Positions 1 through 10,966 of a DNA stretch of 64,000 nt are shown here, piece after piece. The position numbers and the translations under genes were made by a program. The stretch lies in assembly GCA_943788835.1 (NCBI GenBank), contig CALSRU010000004.1:240300-304299 (forward strand), written 5' to 3'. Position 1 is the stretch's first letter. The number at the start of each line of letters is the position of its first letter. Source of the stretch: an uncultured Pseudomonadales bacterium. Its GTDB lineage: Bacteria; Pseudomonadota; Gammaproteobacteria; Pseudomonadales; UBA7434. A model generated the notes under the pieces. That model had not been told where the DNA came from. It was given only the letters and a program-made list of their open reading frames with translations, and did not search any database.

Positions 1-146
1 AAGTTTAAATAGTGCTAAAAAGCGAGCGTTGAGGAGTGCAGCGGTCGATTCATGTCTTCAAGCTTGCTATCATCCGCGCCTTCAGTTGGAGTGCTTTTCA
101 ACGAGGTGCTGAACTCCAGTCATCAAATTCACTGAGAGCGTAAATA

Positions 147-1199
147 ATGAAATACTCGACACTAGGCAGTAGCGGGCTTGAGGTTTCTCGGGTTTGTCTG
201 GGCACCATGACGTGGGGTGTGCAAAATACGCAGCAAGATGCCAACGATCAAATGGCTTATGCGCTTGAGCAGGGCATTAATTTTTTTGATACTGCAGAAA
301 TGTATGCCATACCACCGGCACCCGAGACTTACGGAACAACCGAAACCATACTGGGTTATTGGCTGGCCAATAATAAAGCCAAGCGCAGTGATATTGTGTT
401 GGCAACAAAAATCTCCGGCAAGGGTTTGCCTTGGGTCCGTGACGGTGGGCCTATTACGGGTGATGCGGTTATTGAGGCGGTCGACAATTCTTTAGCGCGT
501 TTACAAACCGACTACATTGATTTGTTTCAGCTGCATTGGCCTAATCATCTGCACCCACATTTCGGGCGTCACTGGCCTGATAGTATTGATTACGGTAAGA
601 CTAATGCTGCGCAGGCACTGGATAGTATGCACGACATACTCAAAGGCTTGCACCAGTGTGTGCAGGCGGGAAAGATCCGTTTTTGTGGTTTGTCGGATGA
701 TACGCCGTGGGGTATTGGCAAATATATTGAGCTGGCCAAAGAGCATAACTTGCCACGAATAACCTCCATTCAGAATGAATTTAATTTATTGAAGCATATC
801 GACTTTCCCTACGTGGTAGAAACCTGCGCAATGGAAGACGTGGCTTATTTGCCTTGGTCGCCTTTAGGAGGTGGTGTGCTTAGTGGTAAATACCTTAAAG
901 GAGCTCGTCCAGAGGGCAGTCGTTGGACAATGACGCAGCGCCAAGGGCTTATTCGTGCTAGCGAGCAGGTAGACGAGGCTGTTTCAGCCTATCAGGCAAT
1001 AGCCCAGAAGCATGGCCTTACTGTGGCGCAATTGGCGTTGCTCTGGTGTGATCAGGTTCATGGCGTTACATCTACCATTATTGGTGCCACAAGCATGGAG
1101 AACCTGCGTGAAAATATTGCCGCCTTTGGCATGCCTTATGAAGATGAGTTGGCAGCCGATGTGGCGGCCGCGCTCAAGCGTTACGCTCTTGCATTTTAG
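147..1199 (+). CDS. NAD(P)H-dependent aldo/keto reductase (Tas-like)
   Basis: 350-aa intact ORF. Aldo-keto reductase family pattern throughout (SRVCLGTMTWG, INFFDTAEMY, DYIDLFQLHWP, LPWSPLGGGVLSGKY). Confidence 0.85.
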   Translation: MKYSTLGSSGLEVSRVCLGTMTWGVQNTQQDANDQMAYALEQGINFFDTAEMYAIPPAPETYGTTETILGYWLANNKAKRSDIVLATKISGKGLPWVRDGGPITGDAVIEAVDNSLARLQTDYIDLFQLHWPNHLHPHFGRHWPDSIDYGKTNAAQALDSMHDILKGLHQCVQAGKIRFCGLSDDTPWGIGKYIELAKEHNLPRITSIQNEFNLLKHIDFPYVVETCAMEDVAYLPWSPLGGGVLSGKYLKGARPEGSRWTMTQRQGLIRASEQVDEAVSAYQAIAQKHGLTVAQLALLWCDQVHGVTSTIIGATSMENLRENIAAFGMPYEDELAADVAAALKRYALAF

Positions 1200-1249
1200 A
1201 TGCAACAGCTGTGATTAAACAGAGTTAAACGTTTTGTCCCTCTTAAGTG

Positions 1250-1274
1250 GCAACCCTCAGATTGGGTTGCTTTG
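1250..1274 (+). terminator. Possible intrinsic terminator after the aldo/keto reductase gene
   Basis: GCAACCC-tcagatt-GGGTTGC forms a perfect 7-bp stem, followed by TTTG. The T-tract is weak. Confidence 0.4.
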
Positions 1275-1314
1275 AAATAAATTAGGTCATCAATTCATTT
1301 TATGGAATAGGATT

Positions 1315-2331
1315 ATGTCTAGTACCTCTGCATTAGATGCTGAATCTCTCGGCAATTACTTAACCTCACATATAGAATCATTTGGGGAGCTGCAGTCGAT
1401 AGAAAAATTTTCGGGCGGTCAATCTAACCCTACATTTTTAATCACGGCCGCTAGCGGCCAATATGTTCTTCGTCGTCAGCCTCCAGGTGAGTTGCTGAAG
1501 TCGGCGCATGCGGTTGATCGAGAATTTAAAGTGATATCGGCACTGCGTGATACCGACGTGCCCGTGCCTATTGCCTATCACTTGTGTGAAGATCGCAGTG
1601 TTATTGGCAGCATGTTTTATGTGATGAGTTATGAGGCAGGCAGGATATTCTGGAACGCTGCATTACCCGAATTAGATAAACCTCAGCGAGGCTTGGTGCA
1701 CCAGCAGTTGATTGAAGTGATGGCCGCCATTCACAACGTCGACTTAAAGGCGGTAGGGCTCAGCGATTACGGCAAGGGCAAAAATTATTTTGAGCGCCAA
1801 ATAGGCTTGTGGACGAAGCAGTATCGGGCCGCTGAAACCGAAACTATCGACAATATAGAGCAGCTTATTAGTTGGCTACCGGCAAACATGCCTGCTGATA
1901 TTGAAAACGTTACGCTCTTGCACGGTGATTACCGCCTCGACAACGTCATATTGCATGCCCAAGAGCCTCGTATTATTGCGGTGCTCGATTGGGAGTTATC
2001 AACCCTCGGTAACCCCGTGGCCGATTTGGCTTATTTTTGTATGGGCTTGCGTTTGCCAGGTGGTATTTCTATGCCTGGTTTAGCGGGGCTCGATAGGCAA
2101 GAGCTTGGCGTGCCAAGCGAAGAAGAAATTGTTGCGCGGTATTGCGAGTTGCGCGGAATCGAAAATATTCCTAACTGGAATTTTTATTTGGTTTTTAGTT
2201 TCTTCCGCTTATGCTCTATTTGTCAGGGCGTTTATAAGCGTGCACTGATGGGTAATGCATCGAATGAAAAGGCCTTAGACGTGGGCAAAACCGTTCACGT
2301 ACTTTCAGATTTGGCGGTTGACCTTATCTAG
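1315..2331 (+). CDS. Phosphotransferase-family protein (APH/choline-kinase fold, the type often paired with acyl-CoA dehydrogenases)
   Basis: 338 aa. Brenner-type catalytic motif LLHGDYRLDNVIL, then VLDWELSTLGNP. The N-terminal FSGGQSNPTFLI is typical of this family. Confidence 0.75.
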   Translation: MSSTSALDAESLGNYLTSHIESFGELQSIEKFSGGQSNPTFLITAASGQYVLRRQPPGELLKSAHAVDREFKVISALRDTDVPVPIAYHLCEDRSVIGSMFYVMSYEAGRIFWNAALPELDKPQRGLVHQQLIEVMAAIHNVDLKAVGLSDYGKGKNYFERQIGLWTKQYRAAETETIDNIEQLISWLPANMPADIENVTLLHGDYRLDNVILHAQEPRIIAVLDWELSTLGNPVADLAYFCMGLRLPGGISMPGLAGLDRQELGVPSEEEIVARYCELRGIENIPNWNFYLVFSFFRLCSICQGVYKRALMGNASNEKALDVGKTVHVLSDLAVDLI

Positions 2332-2335
2332 GCAG

Positions 2336-3367
2336 CTAGCTGTTGTCAGCACTGGCTTGACTCAGCTTGCGATAAGCAAGCGGAGTCAGTCCAGTCCAGC
2401 GTTTGAATGCACGAATAAATGCTGCCCGCTCGGAAAAGCCCAGTTCAAAAGCCATAGTCTCGACGCTTTTTTTCTCGTTGTTAATTAAATCGATCGCAAA
2501 ATCGCGTTGTGTAGCTGACTTAATTTCTTTAAAGGTGATGCCCTCTTTGGCCAGCGTGCGGCGCAACGTTTGCGGCTGGCTCTGAAAATGTTCGGCCGTT
2601 TGAATAATATCGGGCAGCTGATTATTTTTGTTTAGACATCGCTCTAGCCACTGCCTGATTTTGGCCGAAAAATGCAGCGCATCGTAATGTGTAGAAAACA
2701 TATTTAAAGGCATTTGCCTCAAAAATGCTTTGAGTTGGGTGAAGTCGCGTATGTTTTTTACCGCCAGTACTCTTCGGCTAAATACTATTTTAGAGCGTTC
2801 ACAGTTGTAACGAATGGGGGCATTAATAAAAAGGCGGCGATATTCCTCGGCGTAATCAGGTTTAGAGTATTCAAGTTCGACAGCCGCAATGGGGATCATT
2901 TGATCGGCCAGCCAGCACAGCATGCGGTGATAGGTGAACAGGCAGTGCTCCACAGCGTAAGCATTTTTCATCTGTCCCGGGTACTCTTGTCTAACAGTGC
3001 AATACGCCTGCTGCTCGTCATATTGCACGGACATTTGTAGCCCTATATCCAACACTTTAGTGGCTTGCTCCCAAATCTTAATGGCGTCGCCAATAGTCTT
3101 GGCATTGATTGCACCGTAGGCCAGCATTTTAAAGGTGTTGGGTTTTATGGGCCTGTCTAAGAGCCCCATCATTTCATCTTGCATCAGCTCCATGAGGGCA
3201 AGCGATAGCTTTGATTGCTGGAGGTAGGTCACTCGCGAGCCGGGCTGCTGCAGAAGAGCGGGTGAAATGTTGCTATCTAGCAGTAACGTGTCGATATCGT
3301 GTCCAGCTTGGCTTGCGCCTTCTATTAAGTTGAGGGTGAAGCTCGAAGATACGGTGGACGATTTCAT
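2336..3367 (-). CDS. AraC-family transcriptional regulator
   Basis: 343 aa. C-terminal double HTH (ELGFSERAAFIRAFKRWTGLTPLAYRK). Divergent from the thiolase operon. Confidence 0.85.
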   Translation of the reverse strand: MKSSTVSSSFTLNLIEGASQAGHDIDTLLLDSNISPALLQQPGSRVTYLQQSKLSLALMELMQDEMMGLLDRPIKPNTFKMLAYGAINAKTIGDAIKIWEQATKVLDIGLQMSVQYDEQQAYCTVRQEYPGQMKNAYAVEHCLFTYHRMLCWLADQMIPIAAVELEYSKPDYAEEYRRLFINAPIRYNCERSKIVFSRRVLAVKNIRDFTQLKAFLRQMPLNMFSTHYDALHFSAKIRQWLERCLNKNNQLPDIIQTAEHFQSQPQTLRRTLAKEGITFKEIKSATQRDFAIDLINNEKKSVETMAFELGFSERAAFIRAFKRWTGLTPLAYRKLSQASADNS

Positions 3368-3622
3368 AAGGTTAAATCAGCAACAATGATTCGATAGTGT
3401 AACCAAGTGTCACTTTTTTGTATACCTGCGGTCACTGTAATTAGCGCTTTTTCCTTCCATACTCTGCGCCTCTTGCGGGGTGGCGGGCGCTGCTAAGATT
3501 CCCACGAGCCTAAAGAGCCGTTCAGGCCCCACACTTCCCGTCCCGCTCACCTATTCGGTATTTGAGTGCGGGTTTATACCGTTCTACTTTTTCCCATTGA
3601 TTTAATAGCAAAGAGGTTTTAG

Positions 3623-4831
3623 ATGAGTAACCACGCCTATATTTATGAAGCCGTTCGCACACCTCGTAGTAAGGGTAAAAAAGATGGCAGCTTGCATGAG
3701 GTAAAGCCCATTGATCTCGGCGCGGGCTTGTTGCGCGAAATTCAGCAACGCCATGACTTAGATACCTCCTATGTCGATGACGTTGTGATGGGTTGTGTAT
3801 CGCCGGTGGGAGAGCAGGGTAGCGATGTGACAAAAATGATTGTCCAAAATGCTGATTGGGACGAGTCTGTTGGTGGTGTTCAGCTAGATCGATTTTGTGC
3901 TTCAGGTCTTGAAGCGGTGAACATTGCGGCGCAAAAAATTGCCTCGGGCTGGGAAGATCTGGTCGTGGCCGGCGGTGTGGAATGTATGTCACGCGTGCCG
4001 ATGGGCAGTAATGGCGGTGCTATGGCCAGTGATGCGGCGTTTGCTTTAAAAACAGGTTTTGTACCTCAAGGCATTGGAGCCGACACGATAGCAACGTTAG
4101 AGGGTTACTCGCGCGAGGATGTTGATGCTTATGCAATGGCCTCACAGCAGCGTGCAACATTGGCGCGAGACAGCGGCTACTTTGACAATTCAGTCGTGCC
4201 CGTGAAGGATATCAACGGTTTGCATATTTTAGAACGAGACGATTTTATCAAACCGCATACCACGATGGAGGGGCTTGCTGGCTTGCGTGCTTCGTTTGAA
4301 GCGATGGGGCCTTTTGGCTTCGACGATATTATTTTAAATAAATACAATCAGCTTGACCGCATCAATCACGTGCACACGCCGGGTAATTCTTCGGGCATTG
4401 TTGATGGCGCTAGTGCCGTGCTCGTGGGCAGTGAAAAAGCGGGTAAAGATCTTGGTCTAACGCCGCGTGGCAGAATCGTTGCAACAGCGGTACTTGCCAC
4501 CGATCCTATTATCATGCTGATCGGGCCCGGTCCCGCGGCAAAAAAATGCCTTGCTAAAGCCGGCTTGAGCAAAGATGACATCGACCTTTGGGAGATTAAT
4601 GAGGCCTTCGCATCAGTAGCTCTGCGCTATATGAAAGATCTCGATATTGACCATGAGATCACCAACGTTAATGGCGGCTCTATTGCCATGGGGCATCCGT
4701 TAGGCGCCACCGGAGCCTGTTTGGTAAGCACTATGTTAGATGAGCTTGAGCGCCGACAACTAAAGCGCGGCATGCTGTCCTTATGTGTGGGTGGTGGTAT
4801 GGGTATTTCTTGCATCATCGAGCGCGTCTAA
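3623..4831 (+). CDS. Acetyl-CoA C-acyltransferase (thiolase)
   Basis: 402 aa. Active-site Cys context [10 protein letters not shown]-terminal thiolase signatures [17 protein letters not shown] and CVGGGMG. Confidence 0.9.
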   Translation: MSNHAYIYEAVRTPRSKGKKDGSLHEVKPIDLGAGLLREIQQRHDLDTSYVDDVVMGCVSPVGEQGSDVTKMIVQNADWDESVGGVQLDRFCASGLEAVNIAAQKIASGWEDLVVAGGVECMSRVPMGSNGGAMASDAAFALKTGFVPQGIGADTIATLEGYSREDVDAYAMASQQRATLARDSGYFDNSVVPVKDINGLHILERDDFIKPHTTMEGLAGLRASFEAMGPFGFDDIILNKYNQLDRINHVHTPGNSSGIVDGASAVLVGSEKAGKDLGLTPRGRIVATAVLATDPIIMLIGPGPAAKKCLAKAGLSKDDIDLWEINEAFASVALRYMKDLDIDHEITNVNGGSIAMGHPLGATGACLVSTMLDELERRQLKRGMLSLCVGGGMGISCIIERV

Positions 4832-4926
4832 GGGCCGGTAGAGTGTAACAGCGCCAGTAAAAAACTACGTATTAATGAGTGGCCTGCATGGCAGGCATTC
4901 GCAACGATTAAAGAAGAGACCTTAAC

Positions 4927-7074
4927 ATGAGTGTATTTAACTACGAAAAAGATACCGATGGCATCGTTACCATAACCATGGATATGACGGGTCCTGTCAA
5001 TTCCATGAACGATGAGTTTTTGCCAGCATTGAGCGCTGCGGTTGAACGTTTAACTCAGGAAAGCGATTTGATGGGGGTAATTTTTGCCTCCGCTAAAAAG
5101 ACCTTTTTTGCGGGCGGTAACCTGCATAGTTTACTAGCGGCAGAGCCGGGTATGGAGCAAGAATTCTTTGCGGGGATCGAGGCGGTTAAGCGAGAGTTTA
5201 GAGCACTAGAATTGATGCCCGTGCCGGTAGTGGCGGCGATTAATGGTGCCGCATTGGGCGGTGGCTATGAAATTTGCTTAGCTTGTAATCATCGCATTGC
5301 TTACAAGCACAAGTCGGTTCAACTCGGTTTGCCTGAGGTAGGCTTAGGCTTGCTTCCTGGTGGCGGCGGTGTGGTGCGGCTGACTAACTTGCTGGGTATA
5401 GAAAAAGCATTGCCTTACCTACTTGAGGGTAAAAAGGTTACGCCAGAGAAGGCCGTAGCCGTTGGTATGATTGATGAGACGGTCGACAAGTTAGAAGACC
5501 TTTTGCCTAAAGCCAAAGCTTATATTCTTGCCAGTCAAGGTGACGAAGCGTCTGCCGTCCAGCCTTGGGACGCTAAGAACTTTCGTATTCCTGGTGGGAA
5601 AATCAACTCGCCCAAAAATGCCCAAATGGCAATGATGGCACCTGCGATGCTTCGTCAAAAAACACGAGGCTTGTTACCGGCTCCCGAAGTTATTCTTGAT
5701 ACAGCCTTTCAGGCGGCACTGGTTGATTTTGACACCGCGCAGCGTGTAGAAAGCCGTGGCTTAACGCAATTGGTGATGACGCCACAAGCTAAAAACATGA
5801 TTTCTACCTTCTTTTTTGGACTGAATAAGGTCAACGGCGGTGCAAGTCGACCAAAAGATATTGAGAAGAACCTAACGCGTAAGGTAGGTGTGCTAGGCGC
5901 AGGAATGATGGGCCAGGGTATTGCTTATGTGTCGGCAATGGCTGGCATTAAAGTGGTATTAAAAGATATCTCTGATGAAGCTGCTGAAGCGGGCAAGGCT
6001 TACTCAGAAAAGTTGTTGCAAAAACAAGTGTCGCGTGGGCGCATGGACGAGGCCAAAGCTCAGGCTATACTGGGTTTGATTACTCCCACCGCTAATGATG
6101 AAGACCTACAAGGTTGCGATTTAATTATTGAAGCTGTTTTTGAAAATATTCAGCTGAAAAATAAAATTACCGCTGCTACCGAAAAATATCTTTCTGACGA
6201 TGGATTTTGGGGTTCTAACACCTCTACTTTGCCTATCACACAATTGGCCGAAGGCAGTGCCAAGCCCGAAAACTTTATCGGTATCCACTTTTTTTCCCCG
6301 GTTGACAAAATGCCATTGGTGGAGATTATTTGTGGTGAAAAGACTAGTGATGAGGCTCTGGCCAAGGCCTTTGATTACACTATGCAAATTCGCAAAACGC
6401 CAATTGTTGTTAATGATTCATTGGCGTTTTTCACTTCGAGAACGTTTGGTACCTACCTTGATGAAGGTGGGCGTATTCTTACCGAAGGTTGCCACCCGGT
6501 TAAGCTCGATAACTTGGGCCAAGCAGTGGGGATGCCGGTTGGTCCTCTGGCGGTGCAAGATGAAACCAGTTTGGAGTTAAGTCGTAAGGCGATGGAAACT
6601 TGGGAAGAAATGGGCGTGCTCGATAAATGGGGTAATGGTGACAATAATCGCCGGATTATTAAAGATATGATTACCGATAACGGCCGCGGCGGCAGACATC
6701 ATGGCGGTGGATATTATGAGTATCCTGAAACGGGTGAAAAGTATATTTGGCCAGGACTCTACGACTTATATTACGATGAGAATAAAAAGTTTGACGATGA
6801 AGACATTAAAGACCGCCTGTTGTTCAGGCAGGTCATTGAGACGTTGAAGTGTCTCGAAACCAACGTGTTACGCACCGTTGCTGATGGCAATATTGGCTCC
6901 ATTATGGGTATTGGCGCGCCAATTTGGACGGGTGGATTTTTACAATTTGTGAATACCTACGGTTTGCAAAAATTCATTGATAGATGTGGAGAGCTTGAGG
7001 CTGAATTTGGTCAGCGATTCGCTTGCCCGCAGATTGTAAAAGATAAGTTAGCAGCTAACGAACTGTTTGTTTGA
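4927..7074 (+). CDS. Fused enoyl-CoA hydratase / 3-hydroxyacyl-CoA dehydrogenase (FadB/FadJ-like)
   Basis: 715 aa. N-terminal crotonase segment AAINGAALGGGYEICLACNHRIA. Central Rossmann motif VGVLGAGMMGQGIA of the 3-hydroxyacyl-CoA dehydrogenase domain. Confidence 0.9.
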   Translation: MSVFNYEKDTDGIVTITMDMTGPVNSMNDEFLPALSAAVERLTQESDLMGVIFASAKKTFFAGGNLHSLLAAEPGMEQEFFAGIEAVKREFRALELMPVPVVAAINGAALGGGYEICLACNHRIAYKHKSVQLGLPEVGLGLLPGGGGVVRLTNLLGIEKALPYLLEGKKVTPEKAVAVGMIDETVDKLEDLLPKAKAYILASQGDEASAVQPWDAKNFRIPGGKINSPKNAQMAMMAPAMLRQKTRGLLPAPEVILDTAFQAALVDFDTAQRVESRGLTQLVMTPQAKNMISTFFFGLNKVNGGASRPKDIEKNLTRKVGVLGAGMMGQGIAYVSAMAGIKVVLKDISDEAAEAGKAYSEKLLQKQVSRGRMDEAKAQAILGLITPTANDEDLQGCDLIIEAVFENIQLKNKITAATEKYLSDDGFWGSNTSTLPITQLAEGSAKPENFIGIHFFSPVDKMPLVEIICGEKTSDEALAKAFDYTMQIRKTPIVVNDSLAFFTSRTFGTYLDEGGRILTEGCHPVKLDNLGQAVGMPVGPLAVQDETSLELSRKAMETWEEMGVLDKWGNGDNNRRIIKDMITDNGRGGRHHGGGYYEYPETGEKYIWPGLYDLYYDENKKFDDEDIKDRLLFRQVIETLKCLETNVLRTVADGNIGSIMGIGAPIWTGGFLQFVNTYGLQKFIDRCGELEAEFGQRFACPQIVKDKLAANELFV

Positions 7075-7231
7075 TGCGGCGCAAAGAATGGACTCGCTGC
7101 TGTTGTGCTCTTGACTAAATCTGCGGGCTTGGACGGTGCAAGGCTTTTGGTCTTTTTTCGACGGCGTTTTTTTGAGTGTTGTTAATCAATTTTTCTTGTT
7201 TAATTAAAATTAGATAAGTGTTGGAGATTCA

Positions 7232-8392
7232 ATGAGAAGTTTCACTGAAGAACAGGTAATGTTTAGACAGGCCTATCGTCGTTTTTTAGAGACTGAGGTG
7301 TCGCCTCGCATGCCAGAATTTAAAGAAGCCGGTATTGTTGATCGTGAGATTTTCAAAAAGGCTGGTGAGCAAGGTTTTTTAATGGTCTGGCCTGATGAGA
7401 AGTATGGCGGCTTGGGTGATGATGACTTTCGTTACGAGCAAATCATTATTGAAGAGACCGTCAGGGGTGGGTGTGGGGGTTGGTATAACTCACTGCACAG
7501 CCGTTTGGTGGGGCCTTATTTTGATAAATTTGCTAATGAAGAGCAAAGGCAACGTTTCTTGCCGGCCTGTGTGCGCGGAGAAAAAATATTAGCCATAGCT
7601 ATGACGGAGCCTGATGCGGGTAGTGACTTGGCGGGTATGAGAACTTCAGCGAAAGATATGGGCGATCACTTTTTATTGAATGGCTCAAAGACTTATATTT
7701 CTAACGGCATTAATTCCGACGTCATTATTGTGGTGGCAAAGCTTGATGGCGCGGAAAGCCCTCATGCGATGGTGCTGTTGATTGTAGAGCGTGGTATGGA
7801 GGGCTTTGAGCGCGGCCGTAATCTCGACAAAATGGGGCAGAAGGCTCAAGACACAGCTGAGTTGTTTTTTAGCAATGTAAAAATCCCAAAAGAAAACGTG
7901 TTAGGTGAGCCTGGCAAAGGTTTTTTGTATTTGATGCACGGTCTTGCCGAGGAGCGATTGCAGGGTGCCGTGGGGTTTATTGCGGGTGCGCGCCTTGCCT
8001 TTAACGTTACGCGTGAGTTTTGTATGGAGCGTAAAATGTTCGGCAAAACTTTGGCGCATATGCAAAATACGCAATTCAAAATGGCCGAAATGGATATGGA
8101 AATCGACATGGCGCAAACCTATGTTGATCACTGCGTGGATTTACTTAATGCCGATCAATTAACGCCAGAGATAGGCGCGAAAGTTAAATGCCTAACCAGT
8201 GAAATCGAATGGAAAATGATTGATTTGGGTGTGCAGCTGCATGGTGGCGCAGGCTATATGCGTGAATACCCTATCTGCGAGATGTTCACTGATGCGCGAG
8301 TGAATCGAATTTATGCAGGCACCTCTGAAGTGATGAAACTGATTGTTGGGCGTGAGATATTTTCCGAGGGTTACAGCAGTATCTTGGATTAA
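7232..8392 (+). CDS. Acyl-CoA dehydrogenase
   Basis: 386 aa. ACAD pattern (AMTEPDAGSDLAGMRT, TYISNG, C-terminal IYAGTSEVMKLIVGREI). Confidence 0.9.
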   Translation: MRSFTEEQVMFRQAYRRFLETEVSPRMPEFKEAGIVDREIFKKAGEQGFLMVWPDEKYGGLGDDDFRYEQIIIEETVRGGCGGWYNSLHSRLVGPYFDKFANEEQRQRFLPACVRGEKILAIAMTEPDAGSDLAGMRTSAKDMGDHFLLNGSKTYISNGINSDVIIVVAKLDGAESPHAMVLLIVERGMEGFERGRNLDKMGQKAQDTAELFFSNVKIPKENVLGEPGKGFLYLMHGLAEERLQGAVGFIAGARLAFNVTREFCMERKMFGKTLAHMQNTQFKMAEMDMEIDMAQTYVDHCVDLLNADQLTPEIGAKVKCLTSEIEWKMIDLGVQLHGGAGYMREYPICEMFTDARVNRIYAGTSEVMKLIVGREIFSEGYSSILD

Positions 8393-8445
8393 TGGATTGA
8401 GTTGCGTTATTAATTTTGAACAATGTCATTAAGAGGTTTTGAGGG

Positions 8446-9216
8446 ATGGATATTGCGGAAAAAGTAGCAATTGTTACTGGCGGTGCGTCAGGCTTAGGTG
8501 AGGCTACGGTGCGGTTATACGTATCGCTTGGTGCAAAAGTTGCTGTATTTGATATGAACGACGAGCGCGGGTCTGCATTGGTAGCAGAGTTCGGTGATGC
8601 GGTTATTTATCAGTCCGTTAACGTATCCGATGAAGCGGCAGTGCAGGTGGCTATGCAATCCACCGTTGCTGCATTTGGTGCAGTGCATATTTGCAATAAT
8701 TATGCAGGTATTGGCAGTGCGGCCAAGACGGTTAGCAAGGGAGAGCCGATGGCTTTGGCGGCTTTTACACATGTCATCAACGTCAATTTAATTGGCTCGT
8801 TTAATGTATTGCGTTTGGCTGCGGCACAAATGGCATCGCAAGAGCCATTCGATGATGATGGTCAGCGTGGGGTCATCATTAATACAGCATCAATTGCGGC
8901 CTACGAAGGCCAAATTGGTCAGGCTGCTTATAGTGCATCGAAAGGCGGCATTGTGGGTATGACGCTGCCTATTGCTCGCGATTTGGCATCGGTGGGTATT
9001 CGCGTTAATACTATTGTGCCGGGTCTCATTCATACGCCGTTATTTGATACATTGCCGGAGCAAGCCTATACAAGTCTCGTGTCCTCTACGTTGTATCCAA
9101 AACGATTGGGCCGTCCCGAAGAAATTGCCCATTTATCCAAATACATAGTTGAGAACGACTACACCAACGGTGAGTGCATTCGTATGGACGGCGGTATTCG
9201 CATGCAACCAAGATAG
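8446..9216 (+). CDS. Short-chain dehydrogenase, type-II 3-hydroxyacyl-CoA dehydrogenase-like
   Basis: 256 aa. TGGASGLG cofactor motif and YSASKGG catalytic motif. Confidence 0.85.
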   Translation: MDIAEKVAIVTGGASGLGEATVRLYVSLGAKVAVFDMNDERGSALVAEFGDAVIYQSVNVSDEAAVQVAMQSTVAAFGAVHICNNYAGIGSAAKTVSKGEPMALAAFTHVINVNLIGSFNVLRLAAAQMASQEPFDDDGQRGVIINTASIAAYEGQIGQAAYSASKGGIVGMTLPIARDLASVGIRVNTIVPGLIHTPLFDTLPEQAYTSLVSSTLYPKRLGRPEEIAHLSKYIVENDYTNGECIRMDGGIRMQPR

Positions 9217-9482
9217 TAGGTGTTGATGTTATAAAGTGAAAGTTAACTAAGTGCGGATGACAGATTGGCCCGAAGTATAAGTGAAGTGATTCTTGGGCAG
9301 AGTCATTCTTTGACAGAGAACTAGCGATGCAGGCTTTGGAAAAACCACCTTTGATATTGACGCAAACGTTCTGTAGTCATCTTGAATAACCTCAGGCTGA
9401 TGACTACTGTTAGCTTGTCAATGCGCTATGACCCAATGGCTGCAATCTTTTAGCGGCAAGAACCTTTTAGATAGTGATATTT

Positions 9483-10940
9483 ATGCACGATAGAGATTAT
9501 CAAGTCATTATTATTGGTGCGGGTTTTTCTGGCCTATGTATGGCTATTAAGCTTCAGCAAGCAGGCCTGAGGGACTTTTTGATTTTAGAAGGGGCTAGCG
9601 AGGTCGGGGGTACGTGGCGTGAAAATACCTACCCTGGGGCGGAGTGCGATATCCCTTCAGCATTGTACAGCTATTCATTTGAGCATAACTCGGCCTGGGA
9701 ATTTAAATGGTCGGAGCAACAGCAAATTTTTGATTACCAAAAAAATATTGCTAAAAAATATGGCCTGTATGAAAAGGTGGCGTTTGATCAGCGGGTTGAA
9801 AGCGCGGTGTTCGATGAGCATAAAGCTGTTTGGAGCATAACTTCCGGTAAGGGCGATACGTTTCGTTGCCAGCATGTTGTCTCTGCAGTAGGGCAGTTAC
9901 ATCTTCCTGCGCAGCCTGAGTTTGCAGGTGAAGTACAATACACGGGCGCTAAATTTCATTCGGCCAAATGGGATCACTCAATTGAACTTGCAGGTAAGCG
10001 AGTGGCGGTTATTGGTAATGCAGCCAGTGCGTTGCAGTTTATTCCGCAAATAGCGCCCTTGGTTGAACATTTAACAGTGTTTCAGCGCAGTGCCAATTGG
10101 GTTATTGCAAAGCAAGATCGCTCGTATGCGTCCATTGAGCAGTGGGTCTCTGAGAAAGTTCCGTTGATTACTCGCCTATATCGATTGAGTTTATGGCTTC
10201 GTGGCGAATGGCTGGTGTTGCCGGCTATGCGGCGAAATCGTATAGCGCAGCGTTTACTCAAATGGATGGCGCAAAAGAGTATGCGTCAGGTTATTCAAGA
10301 TCCGGACTTAATTAAAAAATTAACGCCCGATTATCCAATCGGCGCCAAGCGCATCTTGTTTTCTGATGATTATTATGGCGCCTTAGTACGCGATAATGTG
10401 CACCTCGACACGTCCGGTGTCAAGCAGTTTACAAGACGGGGTATTCTGAGAAATGATGGGGTCGAAGAGTCCTTTGATGTAGTCATTTACGGTACGGGTT
10501 TTAAAACGAACCCCTTCCTAGCCTCCATTGATGTGCAAGGATTGGGTGGGCGTTCGTTGCGTGAGCATTGGCACGGCGGCGCGCATGCCTACCTAGGTAT
10601 TAATACGTATGATTTTCCTAATTTTTATATGATGTATGGACCGAACACGAATTTAGGTCACAACTCGATCATTATTATGATTGAGGCGCAGGCTCGATAT
10701 ATCGTCAAGTGTATTGAGCGGCTAGAAATTACTGGACAAAAAACGCTACAAGTAAAAGAGAGCGTTGAATCACAGTACAATGATGAGATCCAAACACGTT
10801 TAAAAAAAATGAGCTTTGCTGATGTTAAAGAGAGTTGGTACATGGATGGAGGGAGAATCACTAATAACTGGGCTGGTAGCACGTTTGAGTATCGGCGCAG
10901 ATTACGTAAGGTCAAATGGAATAATTATTTAATTACCTAA
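9483..10940 (+). CDS. Flavin-dependent monooxygenase, Baeyer-Villiger type
   Basis: FAD motif IIGAGFSG. YTGAKFHSAKWD fits the BVMO fingerprint FxGxxxHxxxW[PD] with Y in place of F. Second dinucleotide motif VIGNAASA. I placed the start at the ATG at 9483 rather than the GTG at 9474. Confidence 0.8.
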   Translation: MHDRDYQVIIIGAGFSGLCMAIKLQQAGLRDFLILEGASEVGGTWRENTYPGAECDIPSALYSYSFEHNSAWEFKWSEQQQIFDYQKNIAKKYGLYEKVAFDQRVESAVFDEHKAVWSITSGKGDTFRCQHVVSAVGQLHLPAQPEFAGEVQYTGAKFHSAKWDHSIELAGKRVAVIGNAASALQFIPQIAPLVEHLTVFQRSANWVIAKQDRSYASIEQWVSEKVPLITRLYRLSLWLRGEWLVLPAMRRNRIAQRLLKWMAQKSMRQVIQDPDLIKKLTPDYPIGAKRILFSDDYYGALVRDNVHLDTSGVKQFTRRGILRNDGVEESFDVVIYGTGFKTNPFLASIDVQGLGGRSLREHWHGGAHAYLGINTYDFPNFYMMYGPNTNLGHNSIIIMIEAQARYIVKCIERLEITGQKTLQVKESVESQYNDEIQTRLKKMSFADVKESWYMDGGRITNNWAGSTFEYRRRLRKVKWNNYLIT

Positions 10941-10966
10941 AGCATGATTAAAACTGAGGCGCGATA

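Noticed and set aside
3522-3992. A 156-aa minus-strand ORF spanning the AraC-thiolase intergenic region and the thiolase 5' end.
   Set aside because: It is antisense to a well-supported thiolase gene, has a Pro/Arg/His-rich odd composition, and has no RBS. It is likely spurious.
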